Assembly: GCA_012026655.1 (NCBI GenBank)
Contig: JAAILG010001106.1
Span: forward strand, 1-64,000
Reading direction: 5' to 3'
From: Hydrolagus affinis
Taxonomy: Eukaryota
Length of the DNA: 64,000 nucleotides
The notes below the pieces were generated by a model. That model was given only the letters and a program-made list of their open reading frames with translations, was not told the origin of the DNA and did no database searches. Shown here piece after piece: positions 10,173 through 22,795 of the stretch (its first letter is position 1; each line of letters starts with the position of its first letter). A program made the position numbers and the translations under genes.

Positions 10173-11885
10173 AAGAATTATTATTATTATTTAAAAGTAT
10201 GTGTGTTTGCATGTATAAATTGCTTAATTTTTCAACTCGAATAGGTTCTCAGTTATAACACGCTTCTTTGGGAGATAGCATCTGGAAATATATTTGTACA
10301 ATTGGCATTTGGAGGCAAAATCAACTTTAACCCAAGTGGTCGATAATCATGCAAACCACATGCAGAAACTGAAAAAATGATGCTAAAACTCTTTAATACA
10401 ACTATCTGTGAAAATGCAACAATTCAAATAATTACACTCCTTGAAACCGGACTAATTCTAGGTCCTTTTTAGTTGTACTGAATTACACCAGATCCCGAGA
10501 GCCACAGAATCAGTAGAGGGCAGTAGAAAAGCACTGGCTGCATTACGGGAGTTTTGCTGTAGACTGCTAATGACCATCTCTCTCTCTGTCTGAAAATCAT
10601 CACTGACTATTGAAGAATTAAATGATAATTTAAACAGTGGGATAAAATAGCTGAATGCTTTGCCAGATCTATTCAACATCTACTTGTTTGTGAAACGATT
10701 TGTGCTATTTTTGAATGTATCGTATTTTCATAAACCATGCAGCTCCAGACAAGTAAATGCAGTATGAACTGTTATGTCTTACATGTGATGAAGATGTACT
10801 TAGGCTGGTATAAGGTACACAGTGCTAGCGGTAGAGTAAAATATCAATGCAAATTATATATTTTTCATAATAAACATTTGCACTCTCCACCCAATGGAAG
10901 AAAAAGCAAATAGATAGAAAACCACAGGCATCCGAGAAACAAAAAACCGGCAGCACCCTTGCATCTGTGTTCAGAATTTGCATTCTCACTGATGCTGATT
11001 TGTTTGCTTGTTGTGAGATCTGGCTGGAATTCATCTATTTGTCACCAAATCCTGAAAATGTAGATTGAAATCCACAAAATTGAGGAGAGATCACAGAATC
11101 GGAATTTGCACACATAAGTTCAATTATTTGTTCTATTAATCAGCCAAGGAGAATGTTGCTGACAGCAGCTGTACTTGATTATTGGCATTTTGAAATTCGG
11201 GCCAAGGTCAGTTAGGCTTCAGATTAAACCTCTGTTGGAAGGAGATGGAATAGCTTCCTGGAATCATATCACTGATCTCTGCAAAGTGTTTCTGTATTCA
11301 TTTAGATGAGGGTTGGCATAGCATTGGGATGAAATATATTTAAATATGGATATTATTGAGCATTTCTTTGCAAGCTGCTTGCAATAGATCAGTAGCTTGA
11401 AGCCAATGAGGGTTTACAGGAAGGTAGGACCTGCAAACTATGTTTGGTAATTTGCAATTAATATTACACTGAACTGTGCCTCACTGGATATTGTTTGCGG
11501 AAGTATGGATATTCTGTTAAATGTAAGACTTCAGTTACATTGTTCAATGACAAAATGTCACTGGGAATTTTGAACCTGATAATAATTTTGATTGTTCAGG
11601 TATAGGGGTGAAAATAGCAAGTATTTGCCTACAAAATACATATTTACTACAGTTTACAATAAAATCCTGTGAAGCTCCATTAAATTTTATTAGCCAAGTT
11701 GCTGTCCCACTGAATGCTGAGGAACACGTGCACACCTCAAGAGGTGTTTTTCTCACTCCCAATCCCCTGGAGGTAATCTCCTAAACACTATCTCTGTTGT
11801 CCTTTTCTGGCCAGAAGACAATCTTTTCTCTTCCTTCTGTAGATCTACCTTTCACACAAAGTTACATTTCTTGTACAAAAGGGAC

Positions 11886-11945
11886 AATCTATGGTATTAG
11901 CTAATATGGTATTAACTAATCTATGGTATTAGCAATCTAGGTATG
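11886..11945. repeat. 15-17-bp degenerate tandem repeat, about 4 units
   Basis: AATCTATGGTATTAGCT / AATATGGTATTAACT / AATCTATGGTATTAGC / AATCTAGGTATG. Confidence 0.85.
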
Positions 11946-11947
11946 TT

Positions 11948-12274
11948 GAGTCCTGTAGTTTAGCGGTTAAGGCACTCGCCTTACAAGTGAGAGGCCTGGG
12001 TTCAATCCCAGGCAGGACGAAATGTTGGTCAAATGTTCTTACTCCACATTCCTGATAATAATAATCCCTAAAAAATAATCCCTAAAAAAAAATAACTTGG
12101 GTAACTTCAATTCACGACTGTTTGTGGGACAGTGCTGTGAGCAATTGGCTGTGCATTTTGCCCACAATACAGCCAATTCACTTTACAGTATGTTCTGTGA
12201 AGCGCTTTTAGACATCTAGAAGATGTGAAAAAGCGCTATATCAAATGCAAGGATTATTATTATTATGATTATTA
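11948..12274 (+). mobile_element. Full-length tRNA-derived SINE with Deu-like body and L2-type (ATT)n tail
   Basis: A-box-like TAGTTTAGCGGTTAAGG and B-box GGTTCAATCCC; body TGTTTGTGGGACAGTGCTGTGAGCAATTGGCTG; tail AAGCGCTATATCAAATGCAAGG(ATT)n. Confidence 0.95.
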
Positions 12275-12959
12275 CTAAAACCTTTACCCAGGACATTTCT
12301 AAAAATTGTGACAGCTGTCCTATTAGAACTACTAGTGATGGTTTGCTTCCTATTATTTAGTCCATTTATTATCCAATTTACTATATCATCTACTAACCCA
12401 AGAGCGTTCACTTTAGCCACAAGTAAACAAGTCTCTTAATCCTCTTGTGTGAACATCATCACGCATCAAGGACACACAGTTCACTGAAAGACAGCATCCG
12501 CATCGGCAAAGGCTGCCAGCACAGGATCGGACTAAAGCCCTGGTATCAGATTCCCACAACAAAGCTATTCTTAACAGTCAACTCCAGAAAATGATTTCAA
12601 GGATATAACCTAATCTTTTAGTATGCATTTAGTTCAATTACTGCCTTGTAATCATCTCAGGGAATCCATTATTTTAGATTTACATATTTGATTGCTGCTG
12701 CTGAGATAATTCCAAACAGATCCAACCAAAGATGAGAAATTTTCTGGAATTGACTGGAAATTTGTCAACAACCAAGACATTTCTGAAGACAAACGCATAT
12801 GTTTAGGCTTGTTGAACATTAATGTTTAGCAGTAAATGAGCTCTGTTAATGCCATGGCTTCCAATAGGGGGATATCCTCCTACATAAAAAGGCACTCTAT
12901 CAAAAGTAAGCATTATTATTATTCCCACTATTAAATATCTACTGTACATGTTTCTAAAT

Positions 12960-13200
12960 TTTGATTCCAGACAGGGCAAAACCTTGGGCAAGTTTCCTTC
13001 CTCCACACGCCTAATAATAATCCCTGAAAAAAATTGGTCACTTCAATCCACAATGTCTTGTGGGACACTGCTGTGCGCAATTGGCAGCCACGTTTCGTCC
13101 ACAACATATGCAGACAATTCACTTTACAGTATATTCTGTGAAGCGCTTTAAGACATCTAGAAAATGTGAAAAGCGCTGTATCAAATGCAAGATTATTATT
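12960..13200 (+). mobile_element. tRNA-derived SINE, 5'-truncated
   Basis: CAGGGCAAAACCTTGGGCAAGTTTCC...CAAATGCAAGATTATTATT. Confidence 0.92.
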
Positions 13201-15399
13201 GTACTTATTATTATCGGTTCCATTTGTATTCCATTTGTACCTATAATACATTTCTACATTTAAATTATTGAAAGGTGGCCTCACAGTGAGTTCTAAAATA
13301 TGATGGTTTCTTAATAAGGACTTAGAGTTGCAAATGGTGAGTCATTTAAGTGCCCAGAAATAGGTCATACAAAATCTGCTCAGGAAGTAGATCAAGTGAG
13401 AGCAGCCTTCTCATGGGCAATGTGACTTACTTCTGGTTGTCAAGGAGGGGTCCCCATTTGAGATTTGCCATCAGTATTAAGAAACACTTTCAAAATTCTT
13501 CAGTTTTAGACTTGAACAACGAAGCAGCACTTGATGTTTGATGTGCATTTACCATGATGAACTAGACTGAAAAAGTTTAATACAGTATTCCCCAAAGAAA
13601 ATTGACCATGAATTGAAACTTATATTTTTTTGAGGAAAAAACACTGCGAGTGAAGGCAAGATGCCTGAATTACTTCATAGTCGTCACCTTAAATACCATT
13701 GTCCTGAAATTCTGAAATTCAATCTCAATCTTGAAGTTGGCTTTCTGCAGTTCTGCAGTAAAGCAGCTGGAAGACCAGTATAAAACAGCTTTACAATAAT
13801 ATATAAAACAGCTCAGCCTTCTTGTGCAGTATGTAAAGGATGTAGATCACATAGACAAAGATTTGCATAACCAGTCTACCAACACTTGATGTGCCTTAGT
13901 CCCAGTGGAAAATACTTGATCTCTCACCGAACTAATAACATTCAAATATTTTCCTGAACTTAATAAAGTGTATTCAAATTAAACCTTGTCAACCGAGTGC
14001 TTTCTGTAGAGGTGTTGGGTAGGAATTTTATTTCATTGGTGAGGTGGACTCACTCCCATTTCTGACACTTGAGACTCCTGTGAATTGAATGAGCTTTCTT
14101 GTTCACGGAATTAAATCATTTGTTGTATCCTCCAGACAATATGGCAGTCTTTTCTTCCCAAGCATTGAGCATGCAGCAGCGTGGATGTGATTGCATTACA
14201 ATCCGATCCCAACATCAACAAAAATATGTAATTAAATACCTTCTAAGTCTGTGTAACCATGCAAACCTGAACAGACAGCTAATATTTTAAACAAGAAAGG
14301 GGAAGGGGCGGGGGTGAGGAGACATGAACTTGCTTGTCAAACCTTGATTGAAACTGTCCCTGAGCCTCCTGAATCCCAGCCATTTCAAACACTGGGTCAC
14401 AGAGCTGATTTGGATCAAGGCGGAGTTGTCTTTCAATGCTCCTCAATGGACAGATGCAAAAAACAATAAAGTCAGATCCATTTTGACTACATATCAGGAC
14501 ACCAGTGGAACACTTTGCCACGGTTTGCCTGATTCAAATAAAGCAAGTGCAGTAAACCAGCTAAGGCTGGTTATAGAGGAGATGGGAATGTGGGTTAAAA
14601 AAAAGTTTGAATTTATCGGAAGATGAACCTATTTCAAATGCCTTAGTCGAGAACCACTGGGTTGTGACTGGGATGCATGCATTGTGCTTTGTCAAGCTTG
14701 TCGTGCCTTTGTACAAAGGCTGCGATGGCATGCTTCAGCAATCAGTGGTTTGATTAGGGCCCTCCCCAAGGTTGTTGGAGCAGCTTGTCATGAAGGGTTC
14801 TGATGAGTGTCCCCTCTGTCCTGACTGGCATCATTTCCCAATGAGGCACAATTGCACATGTTGAGCAAAGTAAAAACTATTCATACCGTGCTTGGTTGCT
14901 TTTTCCATGTTCTACTTCAAGCTCCATCGTGGCAGCACCAAACTGCTATCACTCAGACAACATCAACCATGTTTTAATAGCTCAGACTGTTCCCAAACAT
15001 TTGTTAATTCCTCTTTGAAATAAAATTGATGTATTGTGCCAAGGATTAGATTTTGAAACTAATTCATTTTTCAAAGATGGGCGAGAGAGAGAAAAACATA
15101 AAGATTCAAATGAATCCAGAATTCACTAGAGAAATGAATGCACTTACTGGTTAAAAGTCTTTCATCTTCAGTATCTATCATTCCCCAGTGAGTTATTCCA
15201 TTTTTATTCTTGTGGTATAAAGCTAATTCCTCTTATAATTGTATTGCCATGGTAACTGGAGCCATCAGTCGTTGTGAGTGTCTGATTCATAAAATACTTT
15301 TGCCCATTATCTACAAAATGGGCACAATTTACCCTTTTGCAATTGCCACCCCATCAGTGTGATGCAATTGAGTAGTGAATATTGAAAAACATCATTTTT

Positions 15400-15720
15400 C
15401 TAATGTTTTATCATGTCAAAATGTGCTTCAAAAGTAATATCTGTCAAGTGTAGTGACTGGTTTTGAAGACAAAAGCTTCAGCTATTTTGCATATAGCAAA
15501 TTCCCAGCTATAGTCATGATGTGAACGACCAATATACCTGGAGTATTGTTGGCGAGAAGAAATTCCTATACCTTTTCCACTAGTGTCTGTTGATTTTTAT
15601 CATCTCCAATCCCCACCATGAGGAGAGGCAGAACCTTGGTTCAACATCTCGTACATGGAACAGCATCTCCAACAATGCAACATGTACCAGAATAGGTCTG
15701 TGGTGGAGTATCAGACTGGT
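15400..15720 (-). mobile_element. Ancient Deu-domain SINE (SacSINE1/AmnSINE1-like), decayed
   Basis: GTGTAGTGACTG..., AGCAAATTCCCA, GGTTCAACATCTC..ACAGCATCTCCAACAATGCAAC..TGGAGTATCAG; similar to 43135-43500 and 47270-47505. Confidence 0.6.
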
Positions 15721-16645
15721 CTGTGAGCAAAACTCCCTGTCACCGGCCGTAACCACAAATATCAGGATCTGGCCTGGCTGACGATAAAAGAGGCCCTCCC
15801 CATCAGGATGCTCATGTATGATTGAGGTCTGTGACCAGTCAGCACTCTGTCCTCAACCCGGCTGCAGAGACCAGGTGACTGTGGACCACCTCTTCCTGGA
15901 GTATTGTTTTACAAAGGCGATTTGGAAAAAGATGGAGTGGATACTCTCGCGGTTCGTCACTGGGGACCCGCTGGCACGGCACTCGGTGCTGTACGGCTTC
16001 TTCCCGGCCACTCACAGTGTAACCCACCTCGAGTGTACCTGGAGGGTCATAAACTCGGTAAAGGAATCCCTTTGGCATTCCTGAAACTGGGTGTTCTTCT
16101 GGCAGAACGAGGGGACGCTGAGAGCCTGTCTCAGGCCTGCACATGCTAGGATCAGGGATTACGTACTGAGGCTACATAAACTGAAGTTTGGCTCAACCAC
16201 AGAAAAAGCCTTTGGGGACTGACCCTGGCAGGAGATGCTCCTACGCAAACCACTTAAGTAGCCCATGAGCGCACCCAAAACAGTTGTAAATAAGCGTATA
16301 GGTACAGACGGACCCTCGAAATGTAACCAGTGTCCTGAAAATGTATGTAAACATGTGCGCATATGGTAAACATCAGAGCGCCTTCTGAAAGCAGCAGGTG
16401 ACCTTATCAGGGTGTGCGCGGGCACACACAGTTGTGGGGCACATAGTGGTGATTCCCGACTGTTTTAAAGGGAGCTTCCCTGAAAAAATGTGCCTACAAT
16501 CTGTGTGCGGGAAATACAATGTACAGTACCATGAACAAAGTAATGGTATTTTGGGGGTATTGAAAAATGGAAAAAGGAGACGTTGCATTTTATTTTAGAT
16601 TTACTTTATAACAAACAAACAAAAAATATACATTTTCAAAAAAAG
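15720..16645 (+). mobile_element. Tx1/L1-clade non-LTR retrotransposon 3' end (ORF2 zf-RVT region, 3' UTR, A-rich tail), pseudogenised
   Basis: Frameshifted translation HKYQDLAWLTIKEALPIR...CPQPGCRDQVTVDHLFLEYCFTKAIW...VLYGFFP...WRVINSVKESLW...IRDYVLR fits the zf-RVT (CCHC-type) pattern; A-rich end at ~16610-16645. Confidence 0.85.
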
Positions 16646-17203
16646 GGGAACGCAAGCTACCAAATGAGCTAAGCTGACACCAAGTACAAAAAAAAATTCT
16701 TCCACAAAGTACGAGAATAATCGAGGAATCTACTGTTCAAATTAATTCTCATCAATTTTGTCAGTTAGTTTTGGCTTTTGCAGTTAATATTATTATTAAT
16801 GTGTATAAAATGGTTGCACGTTTGACATTTTTAGAAGAGTTGTCGGAAAGATACTGATTGTCAAGTTTTAAGTTGCTTTGTTTTGCTGTTATTTATTTTA
16901 ATGCATTGATGCCAACACGTTCAGTTTTAATTAGCTTCACTTTGTGTGAGGAAAAACATACTGTATTTTCTCTCTCGCACGCATATCCTCTTCCTTCAAT
17001 TTGCTTCAGTTTATACTCCAATAATTCTTTCTTTCCAACGCCACCCACTTGCTACCATTACTGTCCTCCTGGCATGCCAAGGAGAGCTCTCTAATTGTGA
17101 TCTATTTCTTCCTTTTCCAATCTAGGCACCATTTGAGTGGGGAGGTGAACAATTTTTTTTAATTCTATTGTTTTTTAAATTTTTCTAATTTATCAGACAT
17201 TTG

Positions 17204-17301
17204 AAGTAAGGTAATGTGCTCAAGGTTTCACCCTGTCTGGAATTGAACCCAGGTCTCTTGCTTGTAAGTCGAGTGCTCTAACCACTGAGTTACAGGACTC
17301 C
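17204..17301 (-). mobile_element. tRNA-derived SINE head
   Basis: GGAATTGAACCCAGGTCTCTTGCTTGTAAGTCGAGTGCTCTAACCACTGAGTTACAGGACTCC. Confidence 0.9.
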
Positions 17302-17473
17302 ACTCCTTAGGTAGCAAACAGGATGTAAGATCAGCAGTCTTTTATGTATCATGCACATGTTAGGCACACAGAAAGTTTATCCACTAACTTAATGACTCTG
17401 TGCTGAATTTGCTTTAAATGGGAATAATAATCTCTTTGTGATGTAATGAACTGTTGAAAAGGCTTGACAGACT

Positions 17474-17790
17474 GAGAGGTCTCACCGGGCAGGGCGAAAC
17501 GTTGGGCAAGTTTCATTACTCAATATGCCTGTTTTCCTAGCAGTAAGTAGGAACCTGATTGTTAGTCGATTGGCGGATTGCTTTTCCGGTGGTAATAATC
17601 CCTTCAAATAATAATGATAATTTTGTCACTCACCCACGACTGTTTGTGGGACACTGCTGTGTGCAATTGGCAGCCGCGATTCGCCCACAAAATATACAGT
17701 CGATTCACTTTACAATATATTCTGTGAAGCACATTAAGAAGTATCAAAGGCTTGATCAGACAAAATATCAAATGGAAGGATTATTATTTA
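17474..17790 (+). mobile_element. tRNA-derived SINE (long variant), 5'-truncated
   Basis: CAGGGCGAAACGTTGGGCAAG..CCTAGCAGTAAGTAGGAACCTG..TGTTTGTGGGACACTGCTGTG..GGATTATTATT. Confidence 0.9.
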
Positions 17791-19275
17791 CCATTAATAT
17801 TCTTAATTCTAGGTTCCTGTTCTTATTGCAATCGAGGAACTCCCGCTGACTGTGTGTCTGTTGCAAAATGGGAGTATAGTATTAAGGTTAGCTGTCACAG
17901 TCCCCTCCCCTATGGGAGAGCAGCCAGCCAGCACTGTCAAAAGGTACAAATCAATCATTGCCGCTTGGGTGAAGTACAGGGAGGGTGAGTGGCACCAATG
18001 GAACTACGCCGCCAGAGAAAGGAAGGAAAATGAGTCAAAACACCTCAGGGAGAGCAGGGGGGAGGGAAGAAAATTGGCAAGGAAAGATAAATAAATAAAC
18101 CGTCTCAATTTAGTGTAATTGCAAAGAAACCTGAAATAGTCAAAAATGTGGCCTTTCAGTTTGGTTTGGTGCTAAATTAGGGGTTTATTTTCATAAGAAA
18201 ACAGTTTCCGCACTTAGTTAATCAGATGATTTAAACCCTTACAACAGAATTCTGCCCCAGTTGTGTTTTCAGTTAGCAGAACTGTTCAGCCACCAGCACC
18301 AAGTGTTAATTAGCAATGAGAGAGCTCCAAAATTTTAGCAATGTGTTATCTTTTCAGTGGAAGGTCTCGTGAGGAGATGCACCTGGCTAATCAATAGAGA
18401 CCAACCAGGGTGTTTTCTTCCCCTTCAGACGCTCTCTCAGGGAACTCCAAAGGAGGCCTCAGGGAAGAACTTGACTGATGGATAAGACAATTCAGTTTCC
18501 CTGGGGACCCTGCTTTTCTCTTCTTGACCTCCTGTTTGATTGATCCTCTATTTGTTTTTCGCACCTCACATGAATAGCAAATAATGGACTAATTTCAAAA
18601 TTGTGGTCACTGTGAAGACCTCCGAGCACAGATAAACAAAGCCCTGTGTGAGAGCAAGTTAAACAAAAAGAGCCTGTCAGGGATGTCAGGGAATGGTAAG
18701 CATCCTCAGCTGGTGTTTTCACAGGTGTTGAAAGAAATGAGATTTTCCTTTCAAATGTTACAGGATTGAAATGGCTGATGTAGAGAAGAGCTGGAGTTTT
18801 CAAACTATCATTTCCTTTTTAATATACCTCCATTCTTTATGTCACAAAGAAGTACTTTTGTGAAGAAAACTAATGCAACTCGAGCATGAATTCACGAATC
18901 TCTGACATTTAACTTCAATAAATAATTAAAGATTGGGTCTTCTTTTTGTTACAGCACCACACATTGGCTTTCCATTCAAATGGTTCACAGTAATTTTTCA
19001 CATGTATTCCAACACTGGATTTGGAAATTAAAATAGATCACCTCAGACTTTTTAATTACTTTCGTAAACAATTCAGGTGCATTGATGTTGTGTGTCAGTG
19101 ATTTGTTGATATTAAACAGACTCGCAATTTACTCAGTTGATATTACCCTGATTAACTTAAAATAGGGAACTGGCTTTGGGATAGGACTCGAGGACACCAG
19201 GCTGAAACAGACGGTGACATAGATGGAGATGCCAGATCACACGGATGGCGATGCCATTGTTTCACAAAATAACAC

Positions 19276-19938
19276 TAATCCTTGCATTTGGTATTGTACC
19301 ATTTCGCTCACAGAACTACAGTTTACAGTATATTCGGTGAACCGCTTTGAGACATCCAGAAGACGTGATAAGGCGCTATACCAACTGCAAGGATTATTAT
19401 CTTAACCCTTGTTGAGATGTCTCAAAGCGCTTCACAGAACGTATTGTATACTCTGTGGGTGAAATGCAGCAGCCAGTTGCACACAGCAGTGTCTCACAAG
19501 CAGTCATGGATTAAGCAAATCAATTTTTTTTCTAAAGGGATTTACTCCCGAAAAGTGATCCACCAATTGACTAATAACTGGTTTCCACATACTGCAAGGT
19601 AAACAGAGGCGAATGGAGCAGAATAAGAAAAGTTGCCTAAGATTTTACCCCGCTGGGGAATCGTACCCGGGTCCTTTCACTTGCGAGGCACGTGCTCTAA
19701 CCTTGGGCAAGTTTCCTTTCTCCACATGCCTAATAATAATCCCTCAAAAAAAAATTAAAAAATTGGTCATTTCAATCCACGACTGTTTGCGGAACACTAC
19801 TGTGCGCAATTGGCTACAGCGTTTCGCCCACATATTTATAGTCAATTCACTTTACAATACATTCTGTGAATCGCTTTGAGATGTCTAGAAGATGTGAAAG
19901 GTGCTATATCAAATGCACGGATCATGATTGTTATTATT
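19276..19938. mobile_element. Cluster of four SINE pieces in alternating orientation
   Basis: Minus tail tip 19276-19300, plus tail 19301-19400, minus SINE 19414-19702, plus SINE 19699-19938. Confidence 0.88.
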
Positions 19939-20984
19939 ACAGTACATGACTCCACAATCAGTAAGCCAACATTTTTTGTTTGATCACACTTTTGAATATC
20001 TCACTCCCACTGCTTTCTGTTACCCCCACCCTCAGCAAGGCTCCCAGCCAATTCGCTTTGAGATATCCTCCTGACATAAAAAATATTTGTTCAACTTAAG
20101 TTTCTTGATTTTGAGTATCAGGGAATGGTATTGACATTGCTTTTTGATTATTTTGTACGAGTAAAGGATTCTAAAATTTCTTTCCAGTTTTTAGTAATTT
20201 ACTCATGCAGACCCTCCATTCACGATAAAGCCCTCATTCATAATGCTCTCTCTATTACAAGGTCACAAGACCTTGGCTCCTGTTTTTATGTTAAATTGTA
20301 CACCCTAAGGCAGCCTTGATGGTTTTGTAGATAGAGCTGTAGTTTATGAACCAGGGGCTTGCTGGTTTGAATCTCAGCCCGTGCCAAATTTGCTGGTCTC
20401 TGCTTGCATAGGAAGATTAAATTGACCCTGGCCTTCCTTGGGTTCGGGAGTAAAAAATTAGACCGGCTTCCTGTTTCTGGTCCCTTTACAGCATCCTCTG
20501 CTGGTTGAGCTTGTATGTGAGAGATGTGTCAGGTTCAGTTGTGATATCCTCTCGAGTGAAGTGACTTGCTGTGATTCACCAAAGCTCATACATGAACACT
20601 GTACTTGTAGTACTATAAAGCAACCAGAACTTGCGGAACTATTCTCCAGGAAACTGATGCCATGGACAAAGGGCAAAGAGGCATATACTGTACTATATTT
20701 GGCAGAAAGGAGAAAGTTAGAAATTAATTGGACATTCTAAATTATTACAACGAGACACTATTCTGAACATTTTCCCATCATCTTGCTGACACACAAATGC
20801 AATCCTCTCAGTAACCTCAAGCCTGCTGCACATTTCCCACCCACTCCACCCCACCATCGGTGGCTAAATTCTTGACCTCCCTCATTCATTCAATCTTGCT
20901 CGCTCTTCACTTTAATGTTCCCAGATTTGAAGGACTTACTGAAACTTGCAGTATTAGCACACATAAAGAGAAAGGCCGCTTGGA

Positions 20985-21294
20985 TAATAGTAATAATCCT
21001 TACATTTGATAAAGCACTTTTCATGTTTTCCAGATGTCTCAAAGTGCTTCACAGAATATGTTGTAAAGTGAATTGACTGTATATTTATGGGTGAAACACA
21101 GCAGCCAATTGCACGCAGCAGTGTCCCACAAACCGTAGAGGATTGAAGTGACTGATTTATTAACTTTTTTTCTTGAGGGTTTATTTTCAGGTGTGTAGAG
21201 TAAGGAAACTTGCCCATGGTTTTCCCTGCCAGAAACCATTCCCAGGTCTCTCACCTGCAAGGCAAATGCTCTAACCACTGAACTACAGGAGTCC
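20985..21294 (-). mobile_element. Full-length tRNA-derived SINE
   Basis: TAATAATCCTTACATTTG ... GCTCTAACCACTGAACTACAGGAG. Confidence 0.93.
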
Positions 21295-22314
21295 ACAAGA
21301 TATGGAGGGGTAGGCGAGTGGTTTCAGGCAGATGTGGAAGAGTCAGCGAGTTCAGAAGAGAGAAGGAGCAAATGAGTAACAACAATTGCTGCTTTATAGC
21401 ACAAGATTGGCTGTATTCAAAAGGTACTTTACACTTTGTTGCTGGTTTATTTTGTTTCCTTGCAGTCTAGTGCAAAGAGGCTCCCTGTGTGATTCAGGGT
21501 ATTAAGCAGTTTGATATTCTGGTAAAGTACATAACTTTAAAGACATTGGGGATTTTTATTGAACTGCACAGAAAAGATGGTTTTCTTTGCTTCCCTCTCT
21601 TCGAACTCATGGGGCAAACTCAGTCAAGAAAGCCTGTTTTTTTTTCTCAGCATCTTGTGGCCAGCTGGAGATGCAACAGATCCATCATCACTACTAAACT
21701 CCCAGAAGTTGACCATTAATGACCTTCTTCAGAGACCTAAGTGTGTACTCTGTACATGCAGCACACTAGCTATTTGCAGAAGAGGAAAGAGGAGACAAAG
21801 AGAAAATCTTATGTTCTTTACACACAGTGCTGCTGTGACAGAATGATGAGAGGCATTAGCTAACAGTTCAGATTCTGTAGTTTTAGAGATCCCAAGGCCA
21901 TGCAAAGGAAAAATAGGCTCATATTTTAAAAATTCTATTTTAAAATTGATGCATTTTAAATTGTCTACACGACCATCTTTGGTATTCATATATAATAAAG
22001 GTCAAATGTGGTTCCAATTTAATAATAATATGTGAACAATGTAACTTCAAATAAATGCCAAGAATGTTTTTAACAAAAAAAACTTTATTTTTTTAACGCT
22101 ATACTTCATAGACTGGTTCAAGGGCAAAATAGCACTGTCCAGTAGAATTATTGACCTCAGTGGTGGATTATACGCGCACACTGCTAAGGTTAATAACTTC
22201 ACCATTCAGTAGAAATTCTCCTGACAGAGGTTTATTGCAATGGTAGCATAAAATCTACCACGAATATTTTCATGAGCATGAGAAGTGATCAGAACAAGAT
22301 GTCATCTTCCCCCC

Positions 22315-22430
22315 TCTCCTACTCTCCTCCCCCCCACCCAACCCACGTCCCGACCTGACTGTTCAGCACTTTGGGGCGTCCTCCCGACATGATAGGCGCT
22401 ATATAATTGCAATTTTGTTATTGTTGTTAT
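22315..22430 (+). mobile_element. L2-type 3' tail
   Basis: CCTACTCTCCTCCCCC...CCCGACCTGACTGTTCAGCACTTTGGGGCGTCCTCCCGACATGATAGGCGCTATAT..(TTG)n. Confidence 0.85.
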
Positions 22431-22544
22431 ACTGCACACCACTTCTCCCTCTTTCTCTCTCTCTCCTGCAGCTATTGGTTCACACTGGGATTCGGTACCA
22501 CAGGTGCCGGCTAAACTCCAGCACTTCGCCCAAGTTGCCATTCA

Positions 22545-22795
22545 TCTGTGAGTCTGGAGATTAAGTGTTGACAGGCTATTTGATTATGGAGGGAAGGAAT
22601 CAAAACCAAGCCTAATGTTAGCTTCAGCTCACAGATTGCACAAACATTGTCAGCTGGTGTCACTAGAGGTGGGTGGGCAAGCGCAAGAGGAGTGTTGCAA
22701 GTCCAGTTCGCTGTACTGTTGTTCAACTGAGTTCAGTTGGCATTGTGTGGGGATTAAATCTGAAAACTTCTTCATCTTAATGGCTCAATTTCACA
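22545..22795 (-). mobile_element. Ancient SINE-like repeat, same family as 30505-30787
   Basis: Shares GTGTTGACAGGCTATTTGA with ~24045-24070, and GTCACT..CTGAG(T/A)TCAG..GGGAT(T/C)AAA..ATGGCTCA with 30520-30745. Confidence 0.5.

Noticed and set aside
11948-12020. tRNA gene (also at 17230-17301, 33030-33101, 45920-45970)
   Set aside because: The A/B boxes run directly into SINE body sequence and the acceptor stem is not complementary, so these are SINE heads.
14800-14830. CTGATGA as a hammerhead or C/D-box core
   Set aside because: No stem II or GAAA box follows, and no terminal stem is evident.
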